IMG/VR virus record: IMGVR_UViG_3300026549_000079
Coordinates: 3,931-67,930 of that record
DNA from: a virus
Lineage: Duplodnaviria; Caudoviricetes
Direction: 5' to 3' (one strand)
Length of the DNA: 64,000 nt
Part shown: piece after piece, positions 37,175 to 46,980 of the stretch
How the letters are laid out: every line of letters starts with the position of its first letter
How positions within the stretch are numbered: position 1 is the first letter of the stretch
Notes under the pieces: generated by a model
What the model saw: only the letters and a program-made list of their open reading frames with translations
Database searches by the model: none
Told to the model about the DNA's origin: nothing
Translations under genes and position numbers: made by a program

Positions 37175-37567
37175 TTATGGAAAAACGTTGACAATTAACT
37201 CAGATTCTACAACCGTTGCCAACGTGTGTGGGTTGTCATAGACGTTAAATTGCAAAACTTTGTTTTTTTCAATTTCTCCTAACATTCCATTCAAACAAGA
37301 TTTCTTTGCGAAATCAATCGCACGTTCTTTTCCTAAAAACACCATCATTTCAATGGGAATCTCCACTCTTGAAACAAGTCTTATTGGTTTTCCGTCTATG
37401 TTTACAACATTTAGTTTCGGAATAGGTATTGGATAAAGTTGAACCGCATAGGTATATAATTTATTTCCAACATACCTTTTCAACTTCGGTTTAACATCTG
37501 CTCCATCAAGGCAGCAACATATCGTGTAAACCACAAACAATATCAGAACAACATAAACCAAAACCAT
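37175..37567 (-). CDS. Hypothetical protein with N-terminal TM anchor
   Basis: Hydrophobic first 20 aa. Confidence 0.6.
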   Translation of the reverse strand: MVLVYVVLILFVVYTICCCLDGADVKPKLKRYVGNKLYTYAVQLYPIPIPKLNVVNIDGKPIRLVSRVEIPIEMMVFLGKERAIDFAKKSCLNGMLGEIEKNKVLQFNVYDNPHTLATVVESELIVNVFP

Positions 37568-37569
37568 AC

Positions 37570-38181
37570 CTATACACTTTTCGTTTCTCTAAGTTTATTT
37601 TCTTCCATTATAAGAAACGTTTTAAAAAACTTCTCTTGTTCTAGAATGATATTAACAGCATCCTGTAAATCATTTGCTCTTGTGCAGAAAAATTTGCAAT
37701 CTTTATTGTAAGGCATTCTAATCATTATTTTACTTGACTTTTCCCTTTCATCCGTTATGAACTCTGGATTATCATCAATCAGCCAGTCACCTTGAATCAT
37801 CCACTTGTCTTTTGTAAAACAAATATCGTCATAAGGTATCTTGTTCTTTTCAAAGAACATTAAAGTATAATATTTGTTCTGTAAGTTAAATTGCCACGTT
37901 ACGATGACAACCTTGTGTCCTGCATCTCTTAATTTCTGAATTGCTTCTCTAACACCTGCATATGGTTCACTATACAAGAAAACTTCCTTTGCTTCCCAAG
38001 AAAAAAAGTAATCAACAGCAGTCATTCCAATTTTTTCTTTAATCCTATTGAAAACCTTTTCAACATTGTAGTCAAATATATCTTCAACCGTTATTTTCTC
38101 ATTAAACAGTTGATTATATAGTTTACACATTGTTTCATTGATGTTTCTTATAACACCGTCTACGTCAATCTTAATATTCAT
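37570..38181 (-). CDS. 5'(3')-deoxyribonucleotidase (NT5C-like, HAD superfamily)
   Basis: IDVDGV (motif I), IVT (motif II), K, LIDDNP (motif IV). Confidence 0.85.
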   Translation of the reverse strand: MNIKIDVDGVIRNINETMCKLYNQLFNEKITVEDIFDYNVEKVFNRIKEKIGMTAVDYFFSWEAKEVFLYSEPYAGVREAIQKLRDAGHKVVIVTWQFNLQNKYYTLMFFEKNKIPYDDICFTKDKWMIQGDWLIDDNPEFITDEREKSSKIMIRMPYNKDCKFFCTRANDLQDAVNIILEQEKFFKTFLIMEENKLRETKSV

Positions 38182-38193
38182 AATCTTGTTTAT

Positions 38194-38664
38194 TTAATTT
38201 TCGTCATCTTCATCATCGGAATCTCCCCACCAACTTTCGTTCCACGTAACACCAAAGTTTTCCTCTTTGTATTCAGGGAACTCCCATTCGTCATTATACC
38301 CATATACACAACCATCTTTATCTGGTTTGCAAATGAAATCAGAGTACTTTTTTGTATGTTCTTTTACAGTACGCTTTTCATTTCCTTTGTCATCACAATG
38401 TATTCTTACGGTCTTATAGGTATATTCTTCATCCGTAAGTAATTTTGGGCAATGCTTTTCAACCCATGTTCTTGGCGCTGCGACACAATAGTTCATTGAC
38501 ATATCAATCGCTCCGCACAGCACACAAAGTTTATTTTCTATGCACCATTCATTATCCTTGAACTGATTATCTATAATCCATTTTCTGAAAATTTCATCAT
38601 TTGGAAAATCTTTTCCAGCAATCCAATCGTTAAATTCAAAATATACAATCTCTTTCATAATCAT
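38194..38664 (-). CDS. Conserved hypothetical protein
   Basis: YFEFNDW...WCIENKLCV....IDMSMNYCVAAP..WV. Confidence 0.65.
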   Translation of the reverse strand: MIMKEIVYFEFNDWIAGKDFPNDEIFRKWIIDNQFKDNEWCIENKLCVLCGAIDMSMNYCVAAPRTWVEKHCPKLLTDEEYTYKTVRIHCDDKGNEKRTVKEHTKKYSDFICKPDKDGCVYGYNDEWEFPEYKEENFGVTWNESWWGDSDDEDDEN

Positions 38665-38676
38665 TTAATTTAGTTA

Positions 38677-41600
38677 TTAACCTTCATACTTTTCAATTTG
38701 CTGTATCTGAATATCATCAAACACATATCCACCAGTAGATGGCGTCATCTCTGGAAGTTTCTTAAGATAGAACCTCATGTCACTTCCAACGGTTACAATT
38801 GATGTTATACTAGCAGGAAGTTTACCTTCTTCATAAAATTCACTAATATCTGAATCGGTCAGATTATTAATTGCGTCAAGATACTTTTCATTCTCTTCTT
38901 GGAAGATTGCGTCTTCCTCTTTCTTTGTTATTTCGTTGTATTCATTAACAAGTTTTTCCCAATCAATACCGCACTCATTTACGAAAGGAGGGGTTTCATG
39001 TATTTTTTCCCAGAATGCGATTTCCTTTCGTTCTGGTGTCATAAGAGCTTCATAGGTGTCCTGGTCTTCTGGCTTGTTTGGTTGACCACTGACAAGGGAA
39101 GCTTCTGACTCGGTAAAGAATTTTCTGTCTTTTGGGTTTGTTATCAATATTTTATTTCTTATGTCAGTACTGAAACACACTAAGAGCGGCGTAATCCTCT
39201 TATTGAATTGGTCAATGTATTTCTCTACATTATATTCCAACCCTTCATATTCACTGCAAAGAATATCCTTTTCACTGTCAATGATTTCCATTGGAACAAG
39301 TTTGCAATTAAGAATAATCTCATCCTCTTCGAATGCGTTCTTGTTGATTTTCTCCTTTGCAATCTCAATCCTTGTCTTTTTTGTTTCGACACCAGAAGAA
39401 GCTGCTGCTTTGTTGTTTTCCTTATACAGCTTTTCAACATCCTTGCTTACTTCAACCTTGTTTCCATCCTTATCATACATGAAGTAATGAGTAACACGTT
39501 TCACATCTGAATGCCCCTTCTTTGTACCAGTGTTAATATAGTATACGGAATCACCGACATTTACATTAAGCCCCTCATTAATTGCAAGCTCATACCAAGC
39601 CTGTCTTGATTTCTTTGAACCAGCCTTTGTTAAGGTCTTGCAATCTTCCTTGTATTCCTTTATGGACTTCTTGATATTACCCTTTGATGCGATGTCCTTG
39701 ATTGGGATTTGGTAGTTGTAAATCTTGTCAATGTAATCATAGTAATTTGACAGGAAATGATAACCATCACCGTTTAGGAGTAGTTCAACGCCTTCGTTGA
39801 TGAATTTTTCAAGATAACCAGCCATTTTTCTTGATTTGATTGTGTTACCGACGAGTTTAATTGAACCATCAGGCAATTTATCACAATAGTTTTTCCTAGA
39901 TACGTTGCACGAGCTAGAAATATACTCATCAATGTCAAGGCCGTAACGTTGTATTCCGTTGTTATAACAGGTGTTTAGATACATGTCCTCGAATTCAGCA
40001 ACATCTGCCTCAACTCCAGTGTACGCTTTATCTTTCTTCACGTTTCTCCCTAAGCCTTTGCCTATGTATGGATGCTCATTGGTATACCTAAGTTTTTTGG
40101 GTAAACGCATGTTAAACCCATCAGTGTCTCCAACAATTGGCTCATAATTGTAGCTTTCATCATTAAGGTTAAATTTCGTGCTTATTGTTGCAAAATGACT
40201 TATCATCAGCCTAAGCATCATTCGCCCGATACATGTTGTCTTTTCGGCAGCTGTTAGCGATGCCCATGGCCATATGGCAGGATTGCCAGCACTTCCAAAG
40301 TAGCTATTACCCAATATCTTTAAAGGTAACTGTTTTTTGTCGTTTCCACTTTTTTCTGATTTCCAATATGCTATTTCTTCTTTAATTTTATGTTTCTCAG
40401 ATTCGTCAGCAGTTTGGAGTTTTTCTTTTAGTTCTTCCACTTTCGCACCAGCCTCGCCTTTTAATTGCTTATATTTTTCACGTTGAGATAAAACGAAATT
40501 TAGCATTTGGTTAAGAACGCCAGTTTCATCAACCTCGTTGTCTATATTCCAAGTTAATATGATTGAAGGATACAATGAATTGAAATCCAATTTGGCCTGT
40601 TGGCCAATGGCCCCCGTTACAAGGAGCCTCGAAAGTCCTCCCGTGAAGCGTTTTTTTATGCCTAATCCTGGAACCACGAGGTCATTCTCATACGACCACG
40701 CAAGCATGATAAGCTTCCATATACCAGCAGTACCCATTGTACATGCGCGTGAGAATGTTGTAGGTAGCAACTTACCAACAAGGAAGTTTGATTCGTTAAG
40801 TTTCTCCTCCACCTTGTCAGTTTCCCATACGTCATCGAGCAGGTATCTTTCCACGATATAGTGTCCAGACACCATTTCATAGCCTTCTTCCAATGGTCGT
40901 TCAGACGAAACCTTGTACCAGTCACCATTTTCGTCATTGAATGCAAAAACCTTATCATTTATAGCCCATGTCTTGGTAATCTTATCACCAGGAACGTATA
41001 CACGGTTTTCTTTTTGAAGATTAAGGTACTTGGTGACATATTTCAGGTTGGATTTCTTCATGTTTGAGTCGATTGCCTGGGCACGTCTTGCAGCATGTAA
41101 CGAATCAAGCACGATATGTCCCCATATAATGGTGGGCTTGAAATATTCAACCTCTCCACCAAGTTTAAGCACCGTTTCCTTATTCTTCTTATAGATTGGG
41201 TGTTTGAAATATTTAAGACTTAATTCTTTAAGCGGATATCCAAGTATGTCACATCTTGTGATGATGAAATCCCAGTCGAAGTTCTCTGAGTTATGTCCGA
41301 CAATCGTATCTGGCTTTAGTTCCGATAATATCCTAATAAACGTATCAATCGCCTCAATCTCAGATTTATTCTTTTCTTCTTCTGTATTTCCTTCTACAGA
41401 CAACAATCTTTCAAAACCGTGGTTTGTCCTTATACCAATCTGTTCAATTCTGTGTATTTGGGGATTAAGACCCTGTGTCTCAAGGTCGAAGAAACACCTG
41501 TTAAGGTCGTTATAATTCTCATATCCTTTAAATAGACGTTTTCCAGTTGAAATCATAAACTGTTCAACTGGGCTGACTGATAGATAATCTTTATTGGAGC

Positions 41601-42030
41601 TTCCTTGTGTTTCGCCTTTTTTCTTTCTATTATATATAGGAACACCACCTTCGTTGAAGAATTGCAGGAAACGTTGGTATGTCATTGCTCTTTTGGCGAA
41701 GAACATAAACTTATATCCGTCCTTGATTCTCTCATCACAATGTTCTTCATCAACGATGTTAAGCTTCTTGACACCAATACCATAAGAGTGCATTTTATTC
41801 TTCAGCTCGTTCCTATTTCCTTCAAACAGGCTTGTTGCCGCATTCAGCTTTACCCACACGAAAGGTTTGAACGGTTCTTTCTTGATTCTCTTTTCACCGT
41901 TTTCGTTGATGTAGATAATGCTTGCAGAATCACTCTGATAGTCACACTCAATGGTAATAATCCTTTCCATTGGGTCGCTTCCGTTAAGGAAGTCGTTTAC
42001 TTTTTCTGTTGATATATTATTAAAATTCAT
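38677..42030 (-). CDS. Family B DNA polymerase with 3'-5' exonuclease
   Basis: Exo motifs FDLET, HNSENFD and YLLDD; Pol motifs DFNSLYPS, KILGNSYFG and GDTDG. Start reassigned to MNFNNI (42030) because the promoter lies inside the longer ORF. Confidence 0.95.
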   Translation of the reverse strand: MNFNNISTEKVNDFLNGSDPMERIITIECDYQSDSASIIYINENGEKRIKKEPFKPFVWVKLNAATSLFEGNRNELKNKMHSYGIGVKKLNIVDEEHCDERIKDGYKFMFFAKRAMTYQRFLQFFNEGGVPIYNRKKKGETQGSSNKDYLSVSPVEQFMISTGKRLFKGYENYNDLNRCFFDLETQGLNPQIHRIEQIGIRTNHGFERLLSVEGNTEEEKNKSEIEAIDTFIRILSELKPDTIVGHNSENFDWDFIITRCDILGYPLKELSLKYFKHPIYKKNKETVLKLGGEVEYFKPTIIWGHIVLDSLHAARRAQAIDSNMKKSNLKYVTKYLNLQKENRVYVPGDKITKTWAINDKVFAFNDENGDWYKVSSERPLEEGYEMVSGHYIVERYLLDDVWETDKVEEKLNESNFLVGKLLPTTFSRACTMGTAGIWKLIMLAWSYENDLVVPGLGIKKRFTGGLSRLLVTGAIGQQAKLDFNSLYPSIILTWNIDNEVDETGVLNQMLNFVLSQREKYKQLKGEAGAKVEELKEKLQTADESEKHKIKEEIAYWKSEKSGNDKKQLPLKILGNSYFGSAGNPAIWPWASLTAAEKTTCIGRMMLRLMISHFATISTKFNLNDESYNYEPIVGDTDGFNMRLPKKLRYTNEHPYIGKGLGRNVKKDKAYTGVEADVAEFEDMYLNTCYNNGIQRYGLDIDEYISSSCNVSRKNYCDKLPDGSIKLVGNTIKSRKMAGYLEKFINEGVELLLNGDGYHFLSNYYDYIDKIYNYQIPIKDIASKGNIKKSIKEYKEDCKTLTKAGSKKSRQAWYELAINEGLNVNVGDSVYYINTGTKKGHSDVKRVTHYFMYDKDGNKVEVSKDVEKLYKENNKAAASSGVETKKTRIEIAKEKINKNAFEEDEIILNCKLVPMEIIDSEKDILCSEYEGLEYNVEKYIDQFNKRITPLLVCFSTDIRNKILITNPKDRKFFTESEASLVSGQPNKPEDQDTYEALMTPERKEIAFWEKIHETPPFVNECGIDWEKLVNEYNEITKKEEDAIFQEENEKYLDAINNLTDSDISEFYEEGKLPASITSIVTVGSDMRFYLKKLPEMTPSTGGYVFDDIQIQQIEKYEG

Positions 42031-42091
42031 ATACAATAAAACTTTAAAGTTAGTTAAAGGCGCACAAGTGACACCATCACATATTTTGGTA

Positions 42092-42123
42092 CAAAAATAT
42101 GGATAATATTTGAATAAAACAAG
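42092..42123 (-). promoter_or_regulatory. Bacteroidota sigma-A type promoter of the DNA polymerase gene
   Basis: Minus strand CTTG-N20-TATTTTTG. Confidence 0.65.
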
Positions 42124-42134
42124 CATTCTCTTAA

Positions 42135-42142
42135 TATTTATA
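42135..42142 (+). promoter_or_regulatory. TATTTATA motif (putative late promoter)
   Basis: 43 nt upstream of the first plus-strand gene; recurs before late genes. Confidence 0.5.
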
Positions 42143-42184
42143 GAGAAAAAACAGCTTATGAAAATTGTTAGGAGGTAATGTTTT

Positions 42185-42988
42185 ATGATATTATATGTGA
42201 ATAATGATAAGGTAAAGAGGGTTTACATTAATGAGTCTCAGGCGATGGTGTTAAATGAGGCTGGATTTTATCGGAGAAAAAAAGAAGAACCAGTCTATTA
42301 TTCCATGGATGACGACATAAGATTATCCGAAGACCCCTTTGCAAGGATTGAAAAAGAAAAACAGAGCGGAAAGCCTAGAAATTTTGCAATCGAAAGAAAT
42401 GGGAAGCAATACTGGGTAAGTCGTTCTTCTACAATATCCCTATATGTTTTTTGCAAAGATGAAAATGGTGAATGGAATTTACTTGTAAGCCAAAGAGGTA
42501 AAAAAATGCAATATGGTGGAAAATGGAATGTCGTTGCTGGTTTTTTGGATTACGGTGAGACACTCGAAGATGCTGCCGTGAGAGAATGCTATGAAGAGTG
42601 TGGTGTGAACATAAAAGGAAAGAAGTTAATAAGTTGTGGCACCAATTCTAGTGAACTATATGGTGCAGTAAACCATAAGTTTTCTTGTATCCTGGATGGC
42701 ACCACTGTGAAATATCCACCATCAATGGAGCATTGTGAAGGATATGGTACGGATATGCAGGAAGTTCAAAATGTTATGTGGATACCAATTAGTAAACTAG
42801 ACACCCTGAATATCAGAGATAGCCAAAAACGAAATGCAAAAGAGTTGATTTCCAGACTCGCTAGTGACGAAGCCGACTATCCAGATTCTTATAATGAACT
42901 CCTTAAAAAGCTATATGGAATGTTCGTATCAGGCGAATTATCAAATGATAAATATATGACTATTGTCAACATATTAAAGAAAAAATAG
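42185..42988 (+). CDS. Nudix hydrolase with processing-like leader
   Basis: Nudix box GFLDYGETLEDAAVRECYEECGV; N-terminal YINESQ..VLNEAG. Confidence 0.85.
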   Translation: MILYVNNDKVKRVYINESQAMVLNEAGFYRRKKEEPVYYSMDDDIRLSEDPFARIEKEKQSGKPRNFAIERNGKQYWVSRSSTISLYVFCKDENGEWNLLVSQRGKKMQYGGKWNVVAGFLDYGETLEDAAVRECYEECGVNIKGKKLISCGTNSSELYGAVNHKFSCILDGTTVKYPPSMEHCEGYGTDMQEVQNVMWIPISKLDTLNIRDSQKRNAKELISRLASDEADYPDSYNELLKKLYGMFVSGELSNDKYMTIVNILKKK

Positions 42989-42993
42989 TAAAC

Positions 42994-43347
42994 ATGAAAA
43001 AGATACATATAAAAGAAAGCAGTTTGGCAAATAATTTCAATAAAGATTTAGAGCCAATGTCTGATTTTGAAAAAGACATAAAGGATGGAATGGATTATAT
43101 GAATAGTGACGAATATAAAAACGCAGAAGAAATATCCGACCTTGATTCTGATGTAGACCAAGATGATGAATATTCGAAAAACTTTATAATAGGCAGGCTC
43201 TTTGAGGCACAGCAAATTTTAATGGATTTGATAGATTATCTTGAAAATTCCGACTATGCTCTTGAGAGAGGAGGTGAACTTTTCAAGAAACATTTGGAAA
43301 AGGTAAATAGAATAAATAATGAATTAGAACATTTCTGGGATGAATAG
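42994..43347 (+). CDS. Acidic hypothetical protein with processing-like leader
   Basis: MKKIHIKESS...RLFEA. Confidence 0.6.
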   Translation: MKKIHIKESSLANNFNKDLEPMSDFEKDIKDGMDYMNSDEYKNAEEISDLDSDVDQDDEYSKNFIIGRLFEAQQILMDLIDYLENSDYALERGGELFKKHLEKVNRINNELEHFWDE

Positions 43348-44680
43348 GTTTTTATTAGATGAAGGCATTAGTCCAGTTGTATACCACTTCTGCCCACTAT
43401 CCGTTATGTATCAGATTTCAGTTAATGACACTTTCATTTTATCAGAAACTGGTAAATATGGTAGTGATGCCAGAATGAATTCATTCCCTACTGGAAAATA
43501 TAGTGAAGATGGTAAACCAATTAAAAAGGTTTATCCGTATTATATGTGCTTTTCTAGGACTCCTTCTACGTTGGTTGGTTATCAGTTAATGCGTATAACG
43601 TCAACGAAAAATGATTGGATAAACGCATTAGTCAGGATAAAACTTAACGGAAATGCAATTAACAATAATTATAAGGGCGCACCAGTTAATTTCTTTACAG
43701 AAAAGAACCCTTCTGGAGAACTTGCAAAAAAATATAAATATGGACAAGATTGGACTAATTTTTTAGCAATACCTAGTAGGAATGGAAGTATTGGAGACAG
43801 AATTTCTTTTTCTAAGGGAAATCTTGTTCGAAGGGAAATGCCAAAAGTGAACCCAGATATTAGTAAACGAGGAAGACCAGCACTATTACCTAATGGTTTT
43901 AAAGAAGTAAAAGTTGATTATAAACAGCTTGAGAGAAATCGTTTGAGCGAATATGAAGATAGGTTATTCTCAAATAGCCCTTACATTAAAAATGCTAGCA
44001 GATACATTGAAAAAATAGATATTCTTGTAAGTGATACAACAATCAAACAAAAACATGTAATTTCAATGATATCAAAGATAATTAAAAGGTATGGTCTTGA
44101 TAACGTCTTCATATATGATAACCAAATTGCGTTTAATGCTGAAAACATAAGAGAAGCTTTATCTAAACAAGAAATTAAGAACCTTGTTTATACAGATATA
44201 GAAAAAACAATATTTAATGATTTTGACTCTGATGTTGACTTCATGTTATCAAAAAGCGATTTATATAACATAAGCGGAATAATATCAATGATAGCATTTA
44301 CTCCAGATTTTTCAGAAGAGAAATATGATAGTAATATCATGGATATCTGTAAAATGATTGGTTTGACAGATTTCAAATATTATGGTAAGAAAATCAACTT
44401 CTTTAATGACATAAAAGAAAGATGTTACATGTTTTTATCGAAATTCGATGACCCGAATATCGGATATACCAAAAATTTTCCAGTGTATACAATGTATGTC
44501 AGGAATTTTGAAAAGAAAAATCAAGGCAAAGAAAACATTAATTTGATGTTTAGAAAATTAATAGATATAGCAAATTCAAACGCTGCTTCTTTTTCAAGAA
44601 AATACTGTGATGGACAAAAATTAAGTGTCCCAAAGGCAACAAAAATTAAGTATCTTATTTTTTTAAGAAATAATAAGTAA
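43340..44680 (+). CDS. Putative ADP-ribosyltransferase-like protein
   Basis: VVYHF...YMCFSRT...EYEDR, which follows the H/S/ExE order of the ART fold; leader LLDEG. Confidence 0.45.
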   Translation: MNRFLLDEGISPVVYHFCPLSVMYQISVNDTFILSETGKYGSDARMNSFPTGKYSEDGKPIKKVYPYYMCFSRTPSTLVGYQLMRITSTKNDWINALVRIKLNGNAINNNYKGAPVNFFTEKNPSGELAKKYKYGQDWTNFLAIPSRNGSIGDRISFSKGNLVRREMPKVNPDISKRGRPALLPNGFKEVKVDYKQLERNRLSEYEDRLFSNSPYIKNASRYIEKIDILVSDTTIKQKHVISMISKIIKRYGLDNVFIYDNQIAFNAENIREALSKQEIKNLVYTDIEKTIFNDFDSDVDFMLSKSDLYNISGIISMIAFTPDFSEEKYDSNIMDICKMIGLTDFKYYGKKINFFNDIKERCYMFLSKFDDPNIGYTKNFPVYTMYVRNFEKKNQGKENINLMFRKLIDIANSNAASFSRKYCDGQKLSVPKATKIKYLIFLRNNK

Positions 44681-44731
44681 GGTGTTTTAGTAGTATTTAT
44701 AGAATAATATAAGTTAGGTTTCTTTCAAGTT

Positions 44732-46978
44732 ATGGACAATAATAAGTGGTTATTAAACGAAGGCGCAAGAGATAATATGCTTGCAGTGTATATTCCGCTC
44801 TTTCAGAAGAGGGGAATTGATATCAATGTAAGCAAATTGAAACAATTTCTCCTTAACAAGTTTGTTACTGAAGCTGGAATAAGGCAATTGTCAGAAAGAA
44901 GTAATTATTACCTTGCTGGTGTTGCAAGATACTATTTCAACGGTGACCTTACAAGTAACACAAGACTGAACGCATTGTACCCTCGTTTTAAGGATAAATT
45001 TAACCATGAAGTATGCGAGAGGCTCAATGCGCTTATTAAGATATTAAGACTTTCATATATAGATTCTGTTGGTACTCAGTTTGAACAACCAGAGGATTTT
45101 GGTACGTTATCATTGAAGCAGCTTTTCAGGAAATACAATAAGAAGATAAACCAGGAACTCGGCATAGATGACGGTAATAATGCTGGAGAAAATGGAGAAG
45201 TCAACAATGACACAAGCGCTGGAAAATCATACACATATGACATTCTTTACTCCTTTGAAGACGCGAAGAAGTATTATAAATACACGGAACCAGGTGCGTG
45301 GTGCATAACATACGGAAAACAACACTATGATGGTTATATAAGGAATCTTGGCATACATTATGTCATATTCCTTATGAATGGCTACGAAAAAGTCCCAAGA
45401 AGAATTGGTGATGGGTTTACAAAGGATAAACCACATGATTTGTACGGAAATTCAATGATTGCCGTGTTGCAAAGTAATAGTTCACCAGACCCAGTATATA
45501 TCACATCCAGGTGGAACCATGGTTCAGGTATTGATAATACTCAGGGGACGGAAGCCGACCATGCATATACAAAAGAGGAGTTCCTTGATGTCATAGGATG
45601 CGATGAAAGTGTCCTTATGAGATGTTATGAACAATGGAAGCGGAACAAGGCAAAGTACGGTAATGTGGATAAAAACATGATGAAGGCTGAAAAACTTGAG
45701 GCTACCAGGAATTTTAAGTACATGCAAATGCTGTTAAACGGAGGTATGAGACTTAAAGACATGCCGAGGGAATTGATTACAAATGGTTTTGTCATAGCAA
45801 ACCCCAATGAAAAAAATGTTGAAAATTCAGTTCTCAAGGTAACAACAACCGTAAATGGAAAACAATATTTTACAATATTTGACAGAAAACGGCTCATGTT
45901 TGATGATATCATGTTGGAAGATGATGGATACCAAATAAGAAACTGCTCAAAAGAAACTGGATACATTCAATTCAATGTTTGGAATGGGCATAGTTCATCA
46001 CATATATTATATAACACGAGAAGTCATCAATTTGTAAGCGTTGAAGGTTGTAAAAAATTTAGATATGTTGGTGATGAGTTTTTACATACTTGGGCGGATT
46101 TCCCTTATTCTGTTGTAGGCTTAAATGGAAGACAGTTCGCTTTAATTAACGTAGCATCTGGAAAGACAGTAAGGACAAGAACTGGGGCTGAATGGTTTGA
46201 GGGCATAAATGCGCTTGAAAGTTCTAGTTGGACCAACGTGAATTTGTTGAATAAAATACGACTTCCTTATTTTAATGAAAACACTAAAGTGATTAAGTTA
46301 TTGTATGATTCCTCTGCTAATATTAAATATCTTTTTTCCGTTGAAACTGGGAAATTCATTGATTTTAATGTACCAGATGGCTTTATAATTTCTGATTCGC
46401 AACCTTTCGCAAATAAAGGATACATTGAATACCATATGGGTAGAGAAGGTGGCCTCGACATGAGAGTTATCTATGTGGACTTAAATACTGGAGAATTACT
46501 TAATATTCTTGGTGAAACCCAGTTTAATGGTAAAATTAATATTATGAAGTATACAAACGTGGGTCATACTCTGTATTATGCCAAATTATTGGACGGTAGG
46601 TGTGTTTATATGCTTGACGATATTTCTAATATTGTTACGTTTAACGGGGAACCAATCACAAAAAATGCAAGGATATCTTATATTAAAGAGTATTTCGCCT
46701 TCCAGATGGGAGACGTGCAGGACAGATTTAATTCTTCTTTCAATGAACTTAATGAGAAAGACCTTCTCTTGAATCCATTCACTGGCGAGTTCTATCACGA
46801 TGAAATCAGTGGATATTGGTTTTCATTGGCGAGAGAAAATTACGGAAATATCTATGCAATAAACAGGAAAACTGGTGTATTATATCCCATACCGAGAGCG
46901 TCTGAAGCTCAGAAAGTGGAAATGGAATCCATAAAGAACAAGTTCAATTTAATTCTTGAAAAACTAAATAGGAGGTAA
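44732..46978 (+). CDS. Large hypothetical protein (WCIT-motif domain plus beta-rich repeats)
   Basis: 748 aa; leader LLNEG; GAWCITYG..HYDGY; C-terminal NLILEKL. Confidence 0.55.
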   Translation: MDNNKWLLNEGARDNMLAVYIPLFQKRGIDINVSKLKQFLLNKFVTEAGIRQLSERSNYYLAGVARYYFNGDLTSNTRLNALYPRFKDKFNHEVCERLNALIKILRLSYIDSVGTQFEQPEDFGTLSLKQLFRKYNKKINQELGIDDGNNAGENGEVNNDTSAGKSYTYDILYSFEDAKKYYKYTEPGAWCITYGKQHYDGYIRNLGIHYVIFLMNGYEKVPRRIGDGFTKDKPHDLYGNSMIAVLQSNSSPDPVYITSRWNHGSGIDNTQGTEADHAYTKEEFLDVIGCDESVLMRCYEQWKRNKAKYGNVDKNMMKAEKLEATRNFKYMQMLLNGGMRLKDMPRELITNGFVIANPNEKNVENSVLKVTTTVNGKQYFTIFDRKRLMFDDIMLEDDGYQIRNCSKETGYIQFNVWNGHSSSHILYNTRSHQFVSVEGCKKFRYVGDEFLHTWADFPYSVVGLNGRQFALINVASGKTVRTRTGAEWFEGINALESSSWTNVNLLNKIRLPYFNENTKVIKLLYDSSANIKYLFSVETGKFIDFNVPDGFIISDSQPFANKGYIEYHMGREGGLDMRVIYVDLNTGELLNILGETQFNGKINIMKYTNVGHTLYYAKLLDGRCVYMLDDISNIVTFNGEPITKNARISYIKEYFAFQMGDVQDRFNSSFNELNEKDLLLNPFTGEFYHDEISGYWFSLARENYGNIYAINRKTGVLYPIPRASEAQKVEMESIKNKFNLILEKLNRR

Positions 46979-46980
46979 AA

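Noticed and set aside
18974-38664. Integron-like cassette array with attC sites
   Set aside because: Genes abut or overlap with almost no spacers, and no recurrent palindromic recombination site or integrase was found; the recurrent intergenic motif is a promoter.
38677-42030. Intein or intron in the DNA polymerase
   Set aside because: All Exo and Pol motifs are present in one frame, with no C/S...HN splice junctions and no endonuclease insert.
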